A DNA stretch of 64,000 nucleotides from an uncultured Candidatus Micrarchaeota archaeon. GTDB taxonomy: Archaea; Micrarchaeota; Micrarchaeia; Anstonellales; J096. A model generated the notes under the pieces. The model had not been told where the DNA came from, made no database searches, and was given only the letters and a program-made list of their open reading frames with translations. The translations under genes and the position numbers were made by a program. Below, one piece after another: positions 46,545 to 56,458 of this stretch. Each line of letters begins with the position of its first letter. Position 1 is the stretch's first letter. The DNA is taken from the NCBI GenBank assembly GCA_938083015.1, contig CALKCX010000008.1, forward strand, positions 11,196 through 75,195, in the 5' to 3' direction.

Positions 46545-47663
46545 ATGGAAGTTGTTGTACTTGCTGGTGGATTTTCAAAGAGAATGAGACCATTTGAATT
46601 AAAGCCCGTATTAACAATAGCTGGAAAAACAATAATAGATAGAGCTTTAGAAAGTTGGAAAGGCCATAATATATACGTGGTTTATAGAGATGAAAGAATT
46701 AAAGATTATGTTAAAACAGAAGGGGTAACTTTTGTAGAACAACTTGAAGATATGCCAGGTACTGCAGGAGCTATTTATTCTGTCAAACAATATATCAAAG
46801 GTAATAGTTTTTTCGTAATTTCATCTGATCATGTTCTTGATCCTAAAATATATGAAAAGATGCAGAAATCTAAGCCTAATACTGTGTGTATAAAAAGAGT
46901 AAATAATCCTGAAAAATACGGTGTTGTTGTACTTGAAAAAAATAAAATATCTGAAATTGTGGAAAAACCTTCTAATCCAAAGACGAATTTAGTAAACATA
47001 GGTATATATCATTTCAATAGAAGTATATTTAATGAAATCTCTAAAATAGATATTTCTCCAAGAGGTGAATATGAGATTACAGATACTCTTATAGGTAAAA
47101 ACGCCCTAATAATAGAAGATGAGGTATGGATGGATCTTGCATATCCTTGGGAATTACTTGAAGCTGCAAGGTATATCATAAGCGAATTAGAACCTGAGAG
47201 AAATGAAGGTGAATTAATAGGTCAAAATACCATATTGGGCAAGGTCATAATAGAGAAAAGTGCTCGTATAATTAATTCTACTATAGAAGGACCTGTATAC
47301 ATAGGTAAAAACGTTTCCATAGGTCCGTATTCATATATAAAAGGACCAGCTAGTTTAGAAGATAGTGTAGACATAGGTATAGGGACAACTGTAAAAAATT
47401 CTATATTAATGCAGGGAACTAAGGCAAAGCATTTAAATTATATTGGTGATTCTGTTATCGGTAAACATGTAAACTTTGGAGCTGGATCTGTAATAGCTAA
47501 TCTAAGATTTGATGAAGCTCCTATACAACCTATGAATACTAGAAAATTTGGTGCTGTTATTGGAGATAATGTAAAATTAGGAGTAAATAGTATGATAATG
47601 CCTGGTAGTATTATACAAAACAACACCATAATATATCCAGGACAATTATATAAGAATACTTAG
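46545..47663 (+). CDS. Bifunctional-type sugar-1-phosphate nucleotidylyltransferase with left-handed beta-helix (GlmU-like)
   Basis: VLAGGFSKRMRP N-terminal domain plus C-terminal hexapeptide repeats (IGKNVSIGPYSYI..., IGDSVIGKHVNFGAGS...). Confidence 0.75.
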   Translation: MEVVVLAGGFSKRMRPFELKPVLTIAGKTIIDRALESWKGHNIYVVYRDERIKDYVKTEGVTFVEQLEDMPGTAGAIYSVKQYIKGNSFFVISSDHVLDPKIYEKMQKSKPNTVCIKRVNNPEKYGVVVLEKNKISEIVEKPSNPKTNLVNIGIYHFNRSIFNEISKIDISPRGEYEITDTLIGKNALIIEDEVWMDLAYPWELLEAARYIISELEPERNEGELIGQNTILGKVIIEKSARIINSTIEGPVYIGKNVSIGPYSYIKGPASLEDSVDIGIGTTVKNSILMQGTKAKHLNYIGDSVIGKHVNFGAGSVIANLRFDEAPIQPMNTRKFGAVIGDNVKLGVNSMIMPGSIIQNNTIIYPGQLYKNT

Positions 47664-50044
47664 AATAGTTTAATCTTTTCCAAATATTCGTCTAATGTTA
47701 TTAACTGTACTTTATCATTTCTAACATATTGTATTATCATCATTCCAAGATTATTACTATAAAGCTGACTTTGAAGATCTTTTAGATCGAAATAATCTTT
47801 GGTTATAACTATTACTTCTCCATATTGATTAAGGGCATCGAGAATACTTTTAAATATACTATTGACTTTAGAGCTATCATATAGATATACTATACCTTCT
47901 CCATATTCGCTTATATATTTGACTGCACTTTCCTTTTGTAAATCTAATTCATACAGTATTCCATATTCTAGACCTGTATCTCTTAATATTCTATACATTA
48001 CCAATTGTTCTACATTTAATCCACTTTTTGATTCCCAATCTGCAAGTATATAATAATCTCGATACTTTTTCAATACCCCTCTAAGAACATAGGTATTTAA
48101 TGTTACTGATAAAGAATTATAATCGATTACTCCTGTTTCAAGATTAATATCAATACTGCTAAGACCTTCAGATATCTCTTTTTCTGTAAGAGGTACGTAT
48201 TTCCATTTATAATAACTTTCTACATATTCAAATAGTTTTCTCAATTTATCTTCATCCAATCTATACTCTTGAGTATCTATAGGTGGGAAAACATCTGGAA
48301 TATCTATACTGTATGTTATCGGTGGTCTTGGTTTAAGAAAATTAGATCCAAATACGATTAATACTGATATTACAATAGTAGCTAGACCGAGAGGATTTCC
48401 TAATATTAGTCTATCTATAGATGTTCTAGGTAATACTCTAAATGTTGCCTGATATTCAATATTCTTAATATTAAATGTTATAGTATAATTGCCTACTGGT
48501 AAAGGTTGATCCAAATTTATAGTTATGCCAGAACTATCGACAAATCTTTCTTCTCTAATTTTTTCTTCCCAAGGTAATTTAAATTTAACATTATCTACGT
48601 AAACAGGACTACCGTCAAAAGAATAGAAGTATATTTTAAGAAATCTACCTTGTCTATTATCAAAATACTGAGCTTTTGGATATACACTAGAAGCTACTAC
48701 TATACTTCTAGATAATAATACGCCTGTTGTTTCCCTTAATTCTATCATATAAGTACCTTCTTCAAGATTAAGAGATCTTCTGTATTCTGTAGATATCTTT
48801 GGTTCAATATTACCAACGGCAAACGAAGCTAATTTTGAATTTGAAACATTATACAAAATCAATTCTAGATTTCTACGTTCAGTTCTAAGACCGTAAGGTT
48901 CATATCTAACATCAAATGCTTGTTCAGTCTTTGGTAAAAAGAACCTATCTTTTGCCAATACTGCACCTCTACTAAATGGATATATATTGGAAACTAGTAA
49001 AAATGGTTTATAAGGATCAATTGATCGAATGTAAACATTAGGTCTAATCTTATCTAAGTTTATTACTAAAAATCTATGTCCTGGATTAATAGAAGTAGTT
49101 GATCTTGGTCCTGATATTCCATTTATCCATGCCCCATTTTCTAAATGTAGCTTCAATATTTCATATGCTTTTTCTACACTTTCAAGTATTTCATCATTTA
49201 AATCTACAGGATAAAACAAATATAATTTCGATCTTCCTTCATCATAGAAATAGCTTAGAAAATCAAATACTGCTGAATCTGGTATCATATAGTTTACTCT
49301 AAAAGATGAACTACCTAATATATAAGCTATTATTGGGTTTTTTTCACTTTTTTTATTCTGAATTAATGGAAAAACAAATAGATTATGAGAAATGGGCGAA
49401 GATAATGGATCTGGTTTGTAAAAAGCTGGTAATCTAGAAGATATGAATATGAAGTTAAGTTTCTTATTAGAATTTTGAATAACATCGTATACTTTTTTAT
49501 CAAGTACCTGTCCAAAATGTAATACAAAAGCACCATTAGGTAAGCTATCTATTTGTTCTGGTTCTATAATTCTAAATTTGTAATCCATATACTGCGTTAA
49601 TTCATACATTGCATTTTCATATTGTTCACCTCCAGATTTGAGAAGATAAAATTCTTTGATAATAGGATGATCCGAAGCTACAATTTGTACATCATAGCTA
49701 ATGTTTTTATCATTATCAATATTAAAAACAGGTAATAAAGCAGAGCTACCTAAGGTACCGAAATGTGCATAGAAAGCTTCTAATATCTCAGGAGGATCGT
49801 AAATTACAGGTTCAACGTTGATTATATTTTGCAAACTTAACAATTGTAAAAACCCATAAAACAATAAACCTAAGAAAAACAATACTGAAACTATACTAAT
49901 TATAAATCCTGTATTGTCTTTATCTTTGATTTTTGTAAAATATCTCTTTTCAAATTCTTCTTTACTAACTTTACCTGTATATTGTTTAATTACCTGTATT
50001 TTAAACAACTTGGCCACAAAATTTTTAACTATTTGAAACCTCAC
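47660..50044 (-). CDS. Large bitopic membrane protein (794 aa), unknown function
   Basis: GTG start overlaps the upstream TAG (TAGTG). There are TM helices near residues 46-68 and 555-575, with about 480 aa between them and a C-terminal tail of about 220 aa. Confidence 0.6.
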   Translation of the reverse strand: MRFQIVKNFVAKLFKIQVIKQYTGKVSKEEFEKRYFTKIKDKDNTGFIISIVSVLFFLGLLFYGFLQLLSLQNIINVEPVIYDPPEILEAFYAHFGTLGSSALLPVFNIDNDKNISYDVQIVASDHPIIKEFYLLKSGGEQYENAMYELTQYMDYKFRIIEPEQIDSLPNGAFVLHFGQVLDKKVYDVIQNSNKKLNFIFISSRLPAFYKPDPLSSPISHNLFVFPLIQNKKSEKNPIIAYILGSSSFRVNYMIPDSAVFDFLSYFYDEGRSKLYLFYPVDLNDEILESVEKAYEILKLHLENGAWINGISGPRSTTSINPGHRFLVINLDKIRPNVYIRSIDPYKPFLLVSNIYPFSRGAVLAKDRFFLPKTEQAFDVRYEPYGLRTERRNLELILYNVSNSKLASFAVGNIEPKISTEYRRSLNLEEGTYMIELRETTGVLLSRSIVVASSVYPKAQYFDNRQGRFLKIYFYSFDGSPVYVDNVKFKLPWEEKIREERFVDSSGITINLDQPLPVGNYTITFNIKNIEYQATFRVLPRTSIDRLILGNPLGLATIVISVLIVFGSNFLKPRPPITYSIDIPDVFPPIDTQEYRLDEDKLRKLFEYVESYYKWKYVPLTEKEISEGLSSIDINLETGVIDYNSLSVTLNTYVLRGVLKKYRDYYILADWESKSGLNVEQLVMYRILRDTGLEYGILYELDLQKESAVKYISEYGEGIVYLYDSSKVNSIFKSILDALNQYGEVIVITKDYFDLKDLQSQLYSNNLGMMIIQYVRNDKVQLITLDEYLEKIKLF

Positions 50045-50745
50045 TAATCAATCACCTTTAAGTATTTTTCCTTTACTAAAAAGTCAAGATTATCGTTTAC
50101 TCTACTTTCAGGAAGATTGTAATACTTAGCAAATTCTATAGTATTGATATAACCATTATTCTCTTTTATCCATTCTATTAGTTTTTCTCTAATCATATCA
50201 TCACTCATAGATTCGTATTTTCTTAATTTTAACATAGCTTTCTCTAATTCTTCACTAGTTTCTATCAATTTTCTTTCTATTTCAGCTTTTTCAATCTCTA
50301 ATTTTGCCAATCTCTTTTCAAGAGTATTTATCTGAGTCCTAAGTTGTTCTACTTTCATCAATTCTTCTTTAACATTTGAAGGTACTGATTGAAAGATATC
50401 ATTGATAGCATAGTCAATTATCTTAATCATATCCGATATATCAAGATCGTAATAGCTGGCAACTTGACTTATAATAGGTATTGCCTTTTTTATAACATCC
50501 CATCTTCTAAATGCTTCTTCATATCCGACTTCAGTATAACTTATTTCTATACTATCTTGTCCAAAATGTAATATGTAATAACTTTCAGGATTACCGTTTA
50601 CATCTTTACGTTCTAAATAAGCTACTTCTATACTATCTCCTCTTTCTAAATAGTAAAATCCGGTCATAGATTTTAATATAGATTTTATCCTATCCAGACT
50701 TTTCAGTTTGGCCTTTATCGTTATTTTCTTTGCCATCAACATCAC
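50044..50745 (-). CDS. Hypothetical coiled-coil protein with C-terminal winged-helix-like region (233 aa)
   Basis: Central heptad-like stretch EQLRTQINTLEKRLAKLEIEKAEIERKLIETSEELEKAMLKL, and C-terminal INTIEFAKYYNLPESRVNDNLDFLVKEKYLKV. The start may be ATG 50736. Confidence 0.55.
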   Translation of the reverse strand: MMLMAKKITIKAKLKSLDRIKSILKSMTGFYYLERGDSIEVAYLERKDVNGNPESYYILHFGQDSIEISYTEVGYEEAFRRWDVIKKAIPIISQVASYYDLDISDMIKIIDYAINDIFQSVPSNVKEELMKVEQLRTQINTLEKRLAKLEIEKAEIERKLIETSEELEKAMLKLRKYESMSDDMIREKLIEWIKENNGYINTIEFAKYYNLPESRVNDNLDFLVKEKYLKVID

Positions 50746-51124
50746 CTATAGTTTCAGGTTCAGAGTGAATATCAGGAATATATCTTGTATATACTACAGC
50801 GAATAGTACTAATAATGTTATCAATATTAAACTTATTAAAGAATTTATAGCTTGATTAAGATTAGCTCCGTTTAATATAGACAATATTCCTGTAAACCAG
50901 ATTAAAGCTACTAATACAGATGCCCACATTAGAGATTTCTCAAACTCTTTTCTTCTTTTTTTATAGTCTTCTAGGTTTTGTTTTGATACATACAATTCAT
51001 TACCTTGATATGTTTTCAACATCTTCTTTATATTGGCGAGAGTGTTTATAATAAAATCTTTTTTTATACGATAAGCTTGACTTCCAGGTGCTAGAGGTTC
51101 TTTCGATATAATATCTATTTTCAT
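50690..51124 (-). CDS. Small membrane protein: polar ~65-aa N-region plus two hydrophobic helices (144 aa)
   Basis: ATGA overlap with the ATPase gene stop. The helices are MWASVLVALIWFTGILSIL and INSLISLILITLLVLFAVVY. Confidence 0.55.
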   Translation of the reverse strand: MKIDIISKEPLAPGSQAYRIKKDFIINTLANIKKMLKTYQGNELYVSKQNLEDYKKRRKEFEKSLMWASVLVALIWFTGILSILNGANLNQAINSLISLILITLLVLFAVVYTRYIPDIHSEPETIGDVDGKENNDKGQTEKSG

Positions 51125-52686
51125 GGTTTCACCTCTATAATTCTCTCTCCACCTTTAATTTTTATTTGAGCTCTTTGAATGGCCTTTGCTATAGTTTGAT
51201 CTTCAACTCCTAATTCTTTTAAGAATTCTATAATATCTTTTCTCTCCACTCCTTCTAATAACATCAATCTTACGAATTCTATTATATCTAATCTATTGTT
51301 ATTCTTCTCAAACATATTGCTCATGTTTTCAATTACCTTCATATCCATTCCCATCATCTTAAGTTTAGATCTAAATTGTTCTCTAGTCATTGATACACTT
51401 CCCATAGTATCACCTTCAATAACATTTAACATGATAAAGTAATCTTTTACTATCTCTTCTCCTTCTATCTTTTTTATTAAAACAGTATTTGAAAAGTTTC
51501 CAGATATGTAATAAGAGAGATACATTGCAGCTTGTCCTACTCCAAAAGATTGTATTTTTTCTCTAATAAAATCACTAAATCTAAGACTTCCTTGAAGATA
51601 ATTTAAATAATTTTCAAATTTTACCTTTAATATCAACACAGTACCGCTGTTACTAAAAATGGCCTCTGCTATATCTGTTGGGTTTTGACTAGCTATTATC
51701 ATACTAAATCCATACTTTCTTCCTTCTCTGACAATCATGACAACATCACTGTTTTCCTCTTTACTAATCTTCCAAGCTTCATCTATAACCACAAATAATC
51801 TAACACCTTTAACTTTTCTAAAGTCTTCTGTTCTCATCTTTTCTTTTATGAATTGTAATACAGTTAAAGCACCTAAAGCACGCATTGTCTCATTAGGTAA
51901 AGTAGATAAATCTAAATCTACTAAACCTGAAGTTATAAGTTCATCTAATGATACTGTACTTTTATTAGCAAAGTAATCATCACCAGGTCTTGTAAATTGT
52001 TTTAACTTATGTACAAGAGTTTGTATTTCTCTTTTTATATATGGATTAGATTCTAATTCTATCTTTTCTTCTAAAAGCTTTACCACGTCTTTTAATGTAG
52101 GCGGTTCTAAAGGTCTACCAAGGGGATCAAATTGTTCATTCGAATCTAATTTAAATCCGGCATTAGAATAAGCTGTTTCTAAGGCCCATTCTAATAATCT
52201 CTTTTGTTCTTCTTCTGCCGATATCCCTATTAGAAGATTTAAAGTCTCAACGATTTGCTGTATTCTAGCATATGGTTTCATTCCACCTAAATCCATGATA
52301 TTAAGATAATTCCCCCCACCTAAAGATAATACCTTACCATTAGTCTGCATTACCCAATCTTTATATTCTCCTGCCCAATCTATTATTATTGCATTTGCAT
52401 TCCAAACATAACTGGCCCGAAGTAGGAAAGTTTTAATTGTAAAAGATTTACCAGATCCACTAATACCTACTATGACTATATGAGGATTAGTTAAATACTT
52501 AGGATTCCAATATACAGGAGTATTTAAAAATTCCGTTACACCTAAATATATTCCATCTGTTGGATTACTAAACAATAATTCAGGAGGAGGTTGAGGTAGG
52601 TATTGTAAAGGCACTCTAGCTGCTATTTCAGAATTATTTATTTCATTGAACTTTAAATTTCCCCCCAATACGCCCATGTTATACAC
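51121..52686 (-). CDS. VirB4/TraC-like ATPase (FtsK-HerA superfamily)
   Basis: Walker A IVGISGSGKSFT, Walker B RLFVVIDEAWK, and IIASQNPTD. Confidence 0.7.
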   Translation of the reverse strand: MYNMGVLGGNLKFNEINNSEIAARVPLQYLPQPPPELLFSNPTDGIYLGVTEFLNTPVYWNPKYLTNPHIVIVGISGSGKSFTIKTFLLRASYVWNANAIIIDWAGEYKDWVMQTNGKVLSLGGGNYLNIMDLGGMKPYARIQQIVETLNLLIGISAEEEQKRLLEWALETAYSNAGFKLDSNEQFDPLGRPLEPPTLKDVVKLLEEKIELESNPYIKREIQTLVHKLKQFTRPGDDYFANKSTVSLDELITSGLVDLDLSTLPNETMRALGALTVLQFIKEKMRTEDFRKVKGVRLFVVIDEAWKISKEENSDVVMIVREGRKYGFSMIIASQNPTDIAEAIFSNSGTVLILKVKFENYLNYLQGSLRFSDFIREKIQSFGVGQAAMYLSYYISGNFSNTVLIKKIEGEEIVKDYFIMLNVIEGDTMGSVSMTREQFRSKLKMMGMDMKVIENMSNMFEKNNNRLDIIEFVRLMLLEGVERKDIIEFLKELGVEDQTIAKAIQRAQIKIKGGERIIEVKP

Positions 52687-53509
52687 CTTGTTGTTTTGGA
52701 CTAACTTTGCCTATCTCTTTATACATTTCATCAGTATTTGTAGGTATAATATATTCCATTTCAAGTACTTTTAACAAATCTGGGCCTTTTATTTCATAAG
52801 CTTCTGCTCTTAAAGCTGTTTGCATCTGAGTTTTCAATTCATCCATATCTGCTTTACTTTTTTCTATAACTTCGTCTTTACTATTACCTTTAACAGTAAC
52901 CTGACAATATATTATTATGTCCATAGGTCTTAATCCCTGTTCTAATCTTTGTATCTGTTGATTCCAATATGCCTTTTCTCTCTCTAGTCTTTCTATAGTT
53001 AACAAATCCGGAGATGGAGATTCTCTAGCTTTTTGCAGTCTTAAAGATATTTCACTTCTCTTAGTTTCTAATTCTTTCTTCTTTGCACTGATATCTATAG
53101 AATACATCAAGTATGATATTTTGAAAGGTTTTTTATAATTTATCACAGCTTGTTCAAATTGTTTCTTCAAAGTCATTACTCCGTCAGGGTTATCAGAAAA
53201 AGCTTCGTATAATTTTAGACCAAAAAATCTACTTGCATAGTATTCGTCACCTACTTGTTTGATTACAACATCCATACTTGGAGGGATTTCATGTTTAGTG
53301 TGATTCATTACAATTACTACATTTTTAAGTTTAGCTAAGAATGGAAATGTTTGATCACCGTAAAGAAGCATCATAGCTACTATTATTGTAGACAATGCCG
53401 TTATTACTAATATTATTGGATTATTAAATGTAAATGCTAATAACAATGATACTACTGCTATTCCTATAACAATGTATTTTTGAGTATTAGTATCACCGGG
53501 TAACATCAA
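52679..53509 (-). CDS. Membrane protein with two N-terminal TM helices plus a soluble/coiled-coil domain (276 aa)
   Basis: TM helices YIVIGIAVVSLLLAFTF and PIILVITALSTIIVAMMLLYG. It overlaps the ATPase start by 8 nt. Confidence 0.55.
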   Translation of the reverse strand: MMLPGDTNTQKYIVIGIAVVSLLLAFTFNNPIILVITALSTIIVAMMLLYGDQTFPFLAKLKNVVIVMNHTKHEIPPSMDVVIKQVGDEYYASRFFGLKLYEAFSDNPDGVMTLKKQFEQAVINYKKPFKISYLMYSIDISAKKKELETKRSEISLRLQKARESPSPDLLTIERLEREKAYWNQQIQRLEQGLRPMDIIIYCQVTVKGNSKDEVIEKSKADMDELKTQMQTALRAEAYEIKGPDLLKVLEMEYIIPTNTDEMYKEIGKVSPKQQGV

Positions 53510-53552
53510 ATTTCACCTAATATTATAAAAAAGATAACTATTTAAAAAACAT

Positions 53553-55265
53553 ATGTTGTTCATTGATCTATGTAAGATATTGGAAAGAATAGCAGAAGAT
53601 AGGGGAAGACTTAGAATAATAAGCATATTATCAGAATTATTTTCTAATATATCTCCTAATGAAGCAAAAATAGTAAGTTATCTTATAATTGGTCAAATAG
53701 CTCCACCTTATGTAAAATTAGAATTAGGGGTATCGTCGAATACTATTTTAAATGCCTTATCTCAAGTCTCTGGTATAGATAAGACTAAATTAGAAAATAT
53801 GTTAAGACGAGTTGGAGATATCGGAGATCTTACTTATAAAGTTCTTGAAAATAGAAAATTAAGATTATTAGATGAAAACAGATATCTAAGTTTAGATTAC
53901 GTATTTAATATTTTACATAAAATAGCTAGAGATAGTTCAATAAAAGTTAAAACAGATTTATTAGTATCTTTATTTGGTAGAATTTCTAGTTTAGAAGGTA
54001 AGTATTTAGCTAGATTAATTGTAAATAAAACTAGAGTTGCCATAGGTGTTGCAACAGTATTAGATAGTTTAGCTACTGCTAAAAATCTTGATAAAGAACG
54101 TGTAAGAAAAATATACTATATGACATCTGATATAGGTGAAACGACTTATAGAATACTGTCTAATAACCTTGATATTGATATCAATCTTTATCGTCCTATA
54201 CAGCCTGCATTAGCTGAAAGAGTAAAAGATAGTCAAGAGATGTTAGAAAAGTCTCCAGAATTGTTTGTAGAATATAAATACGATGGATTTAGAATACAAT
54301 TGCACAAAGGAGATGATGTAAAAATATTCTCAAGGAAATTAGAAGATATAACTGATCTTCTACCAGAAATTGTCGAAGATTCAAAAAAATATCCAGGTAA
54401 ATTTATAGTTGAAGGTGAGGCCGTTTCTATATTAGATGGAAAACCATTGCCATTTCAAGAGATTATAAAGAGAAAGAGAAAGTATAACATTGATGAGTAC
54501 ATTGATATAATACCAATTCATGTTTATTTATTCGATATATTATATTTAGATGGGCAAAAATTGATAGATCTTCCTTTTCGAGATAGAAGGGCAATATTAG
54601 AAAATTTTGTAAATAATAATTTTAGTAGACTTAAACTTAGTTACGGTAAATACACATCGAGTAAACAAGAGATAGACGATATATTTCAAAGATCAATAGC
54701 TGAACATATGGAAGGAATTATTGGTAAAAAACCAGATGCCCCGTATACTCCTGGTCAGAGAAATCATAATTGGATGAAGTTAAAACATGGTAAAGATACT
54801 ATAGACGCTGTAATAGTAGGCTATTTTTATGGTCAAGGTAGATTAAAAGGTTATCCTGGCTCTTTATTGATATGTGTATATGATGAAGATAATGATGAAT
54901 ATCAAACTATAGCAAAGGTATCTTCTGGATTATCAGAAGAAGAATTAATAGAGCTAAGTAATAAATTAATAGCTACTAATAGACCAGGTATAGGAATTGT
55001 ATCAAACATTGAACCGGATGTATGGGTGGAACCAGATGTTGTAGTAGAAGTAACCTATGATGAAATTACCTTATCGCCAGTACATACATGTGCAAAAGAC
55101 GTATTTAAAAATAGAGGTCTTGCATTAAGATTTCCAAGAATAATTAGAATAAGAGACGATAAGTCTATATATGAGGTAACAAGAGTTTCAGAAATGATAT
55201 CTTTGTATAAATCACAAGGACCAAGGCGACAAGTAGAATTGGAAGAAAAGGAAGAGTCTTTTTAA
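53553..55265 (+). CDS. lig: ATP-dependent DNA ligase
   Basis: Adenylation motif EYKYDGFRIQLH, EGEAV, NWMKLK and LRFPRIIRIRDDK. Confidence 0.93.
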   Translation: MLFIDLCKILERIAEDRGRLRIISILSELFSNISPNEAKIVSYLIIGQIAPPYVKLELGVSSNTILNALSQVSGIDKTKLENMLRRVGDIGDLTYKVLENRKLRLLDENRYLSLDYVFNILHKIARDSSIKVKTDLLVSLFGRISSLEGKYLARLIVNKTRVAIGVATVLDSLATAKNLDKERVRKIYYMTSDIGETTYRILSNNLDIDINLYRPIQPALAERVKDSQEMLEKSPELFVEYKYDGFRIQLHKGDDVKIFSRKLEDITDLLPEIVEDSKKYPGKFIVEGEAVSILDGKPLPFQEIIKRKRKYNIDEYIDIIPIHVYLFDILYLDGQKLIDLPFRDRRAILENFVNNNFSRLKLSYGKYTSSKQEIDDIFQRSIAEHMEGIIGKKPDAPYTPGQRNHNWMKLKHGKDTIDAVIVGYFYGQGRLKGYPGSLLICVYDEDNDEYQTIAKVSSGLSEEELIELSNKLIATNRPGIGIVSNIEPDVWVEPDVVVEVTYDEITLSPVHTCAKDVFKNRGLALRFPRIIRIRDDKSIYEVTRVSEMISLYKSQGPRRQVELEEKEESF

Positions 55266-55788
55266 TAATTACTTGTTTACCAAGATTATTATAAACGTAT
55301 TCTTTATCTATAAGCTTTCCGTCTATGGTAACCTCTCCTATTAGATTATAATCTACTTTTTTAATTTCATATAATTTATCTTTGAATAGAATTATGCCTA
55401 GGTAAGACAATAGAATTGAAAAAAATGGATTTAAAAACATTACAATCAACACAAAAATTGTATAGGAAATACTATAACTAACTGAAATGGCCAATATAGA
55501 AGATATTATAAGAACATCGATAAAATATATGTTAAGATGAATTGCCAATACAGGTAATATTAAGACCTCTGCATCTCCGAATACATTTAATTTATATAGT
55601 AAATAAGCTAATAGAGTATAAATTACAATATATACTAATGAATCTGTTATAAAGGCCTGGTATATACCTATGCCATACATAAACCATACTAAAAAATCAG
55701 GTACATTCTTATTGTTTTTTATATCGTAATATGACAATATGGCCAATATAGATAAGTATATTATACTAAATATATCAAAATTGGACAT
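55165..55788 (-). CDS. Probable A24-family prepilin/preflagellin peptidase
   Basis: Polytopic. The candidate catalytic Asp residues lie in YYDIKNNKNVPD and NVFGDAEVL, about 50 aa apart. Confidence 0.5.
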   Translation of the reverse strand: MSNFDIFSIIYLSILAILSYYDIKNNKNVPDFLVWFMYGIGIYQAFITDSLVYIVIYTLLAYLLYKLNVFGDAEVLILPVLAIHLNIYFIDVLIISSILAISVSYSISYTIFVLIVMFLNPFFSILLSYLGIILFKDKLYEIKKVDYNLIGEVTIDGKLIDKEYVYNNLGKQVIIKKTLPFLPILLVALVLVIYTKISFLKLLLPHI

Positions 55789-56458
55789 CTATTAACATTT
55801 GATATAATTTTCCATCTATTTTTCCTAATCCGTATAATAACTCTAAACTCATCTGGTAAAGAGTTTTGTTTTTAGCTAAAAATATCTTGTAAGTCTGGGC
55901 AGCTTTATAAGCATTTATAGACATCAATACCATATTCCATTTATCGTATATATGTTCAGTTACACTTAGTATATTTAAATTCTCATCGATTATCAATTCT
56001 AATACTTTACCATCATGTTCATCTCTAAACGCATAGATCATATCTAAAAACATAGACATCCAATCTCTCTCTTCATCTTTAAGGTATTTCATAGCAGCTT
56101 CCTTTACATTATCTAACATATCATCTCTGCCTAGTATTATAATATTATTGATTAACATAACATAATAATCCAATATCTCTATACCTTTATCTAATAATCT
56201 ATATAAATTATCTAATCTTTCAACGTCATCTTCTATTACTATAGAAGATATGAATTCTCTATATTCTGGTGGCATTGACATGTAAATTTGATTGGCCAAA
56301 TCATATTCTTCAAGATCTAGATAAGCTCGATACAATAGATACGCCTCGTTTATAGATTTTGGTTCTGATAATAATTCTATTACACCTTCCAAATATATTT
56401 TATTGCCGGTTGATTTAAATAAATTGTAATAAGACTTGGCCAATCTATATTCGTTCAT
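55775..56458 (-). CDS. Hypothetical helical protein (227 aa)
   Basis: ORF coupled to neighbours on both sides. No motif recognised. Confidence 0.55.
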   Translation of the reverse strand: MNEYRLAKSYYNLFKSTGNKIYLEGVIELLSEPKSINEAYLLYRAYLDLEEYDLANQIYMSMPPEYREFISSIVIEDDVERLDNLYRLLDKGIEILDYYVMLINNIIILGRDDMLDNVKEAAMKYLKDEERDWMSMFLDMIYAFRDEHDGKVLELIIDENLNILSVTEHIYDKWNMVLMSINAYKAAQTYKIFLAKNKTLYQMSLELLYGLGKIDGKLYQMLIDVQF

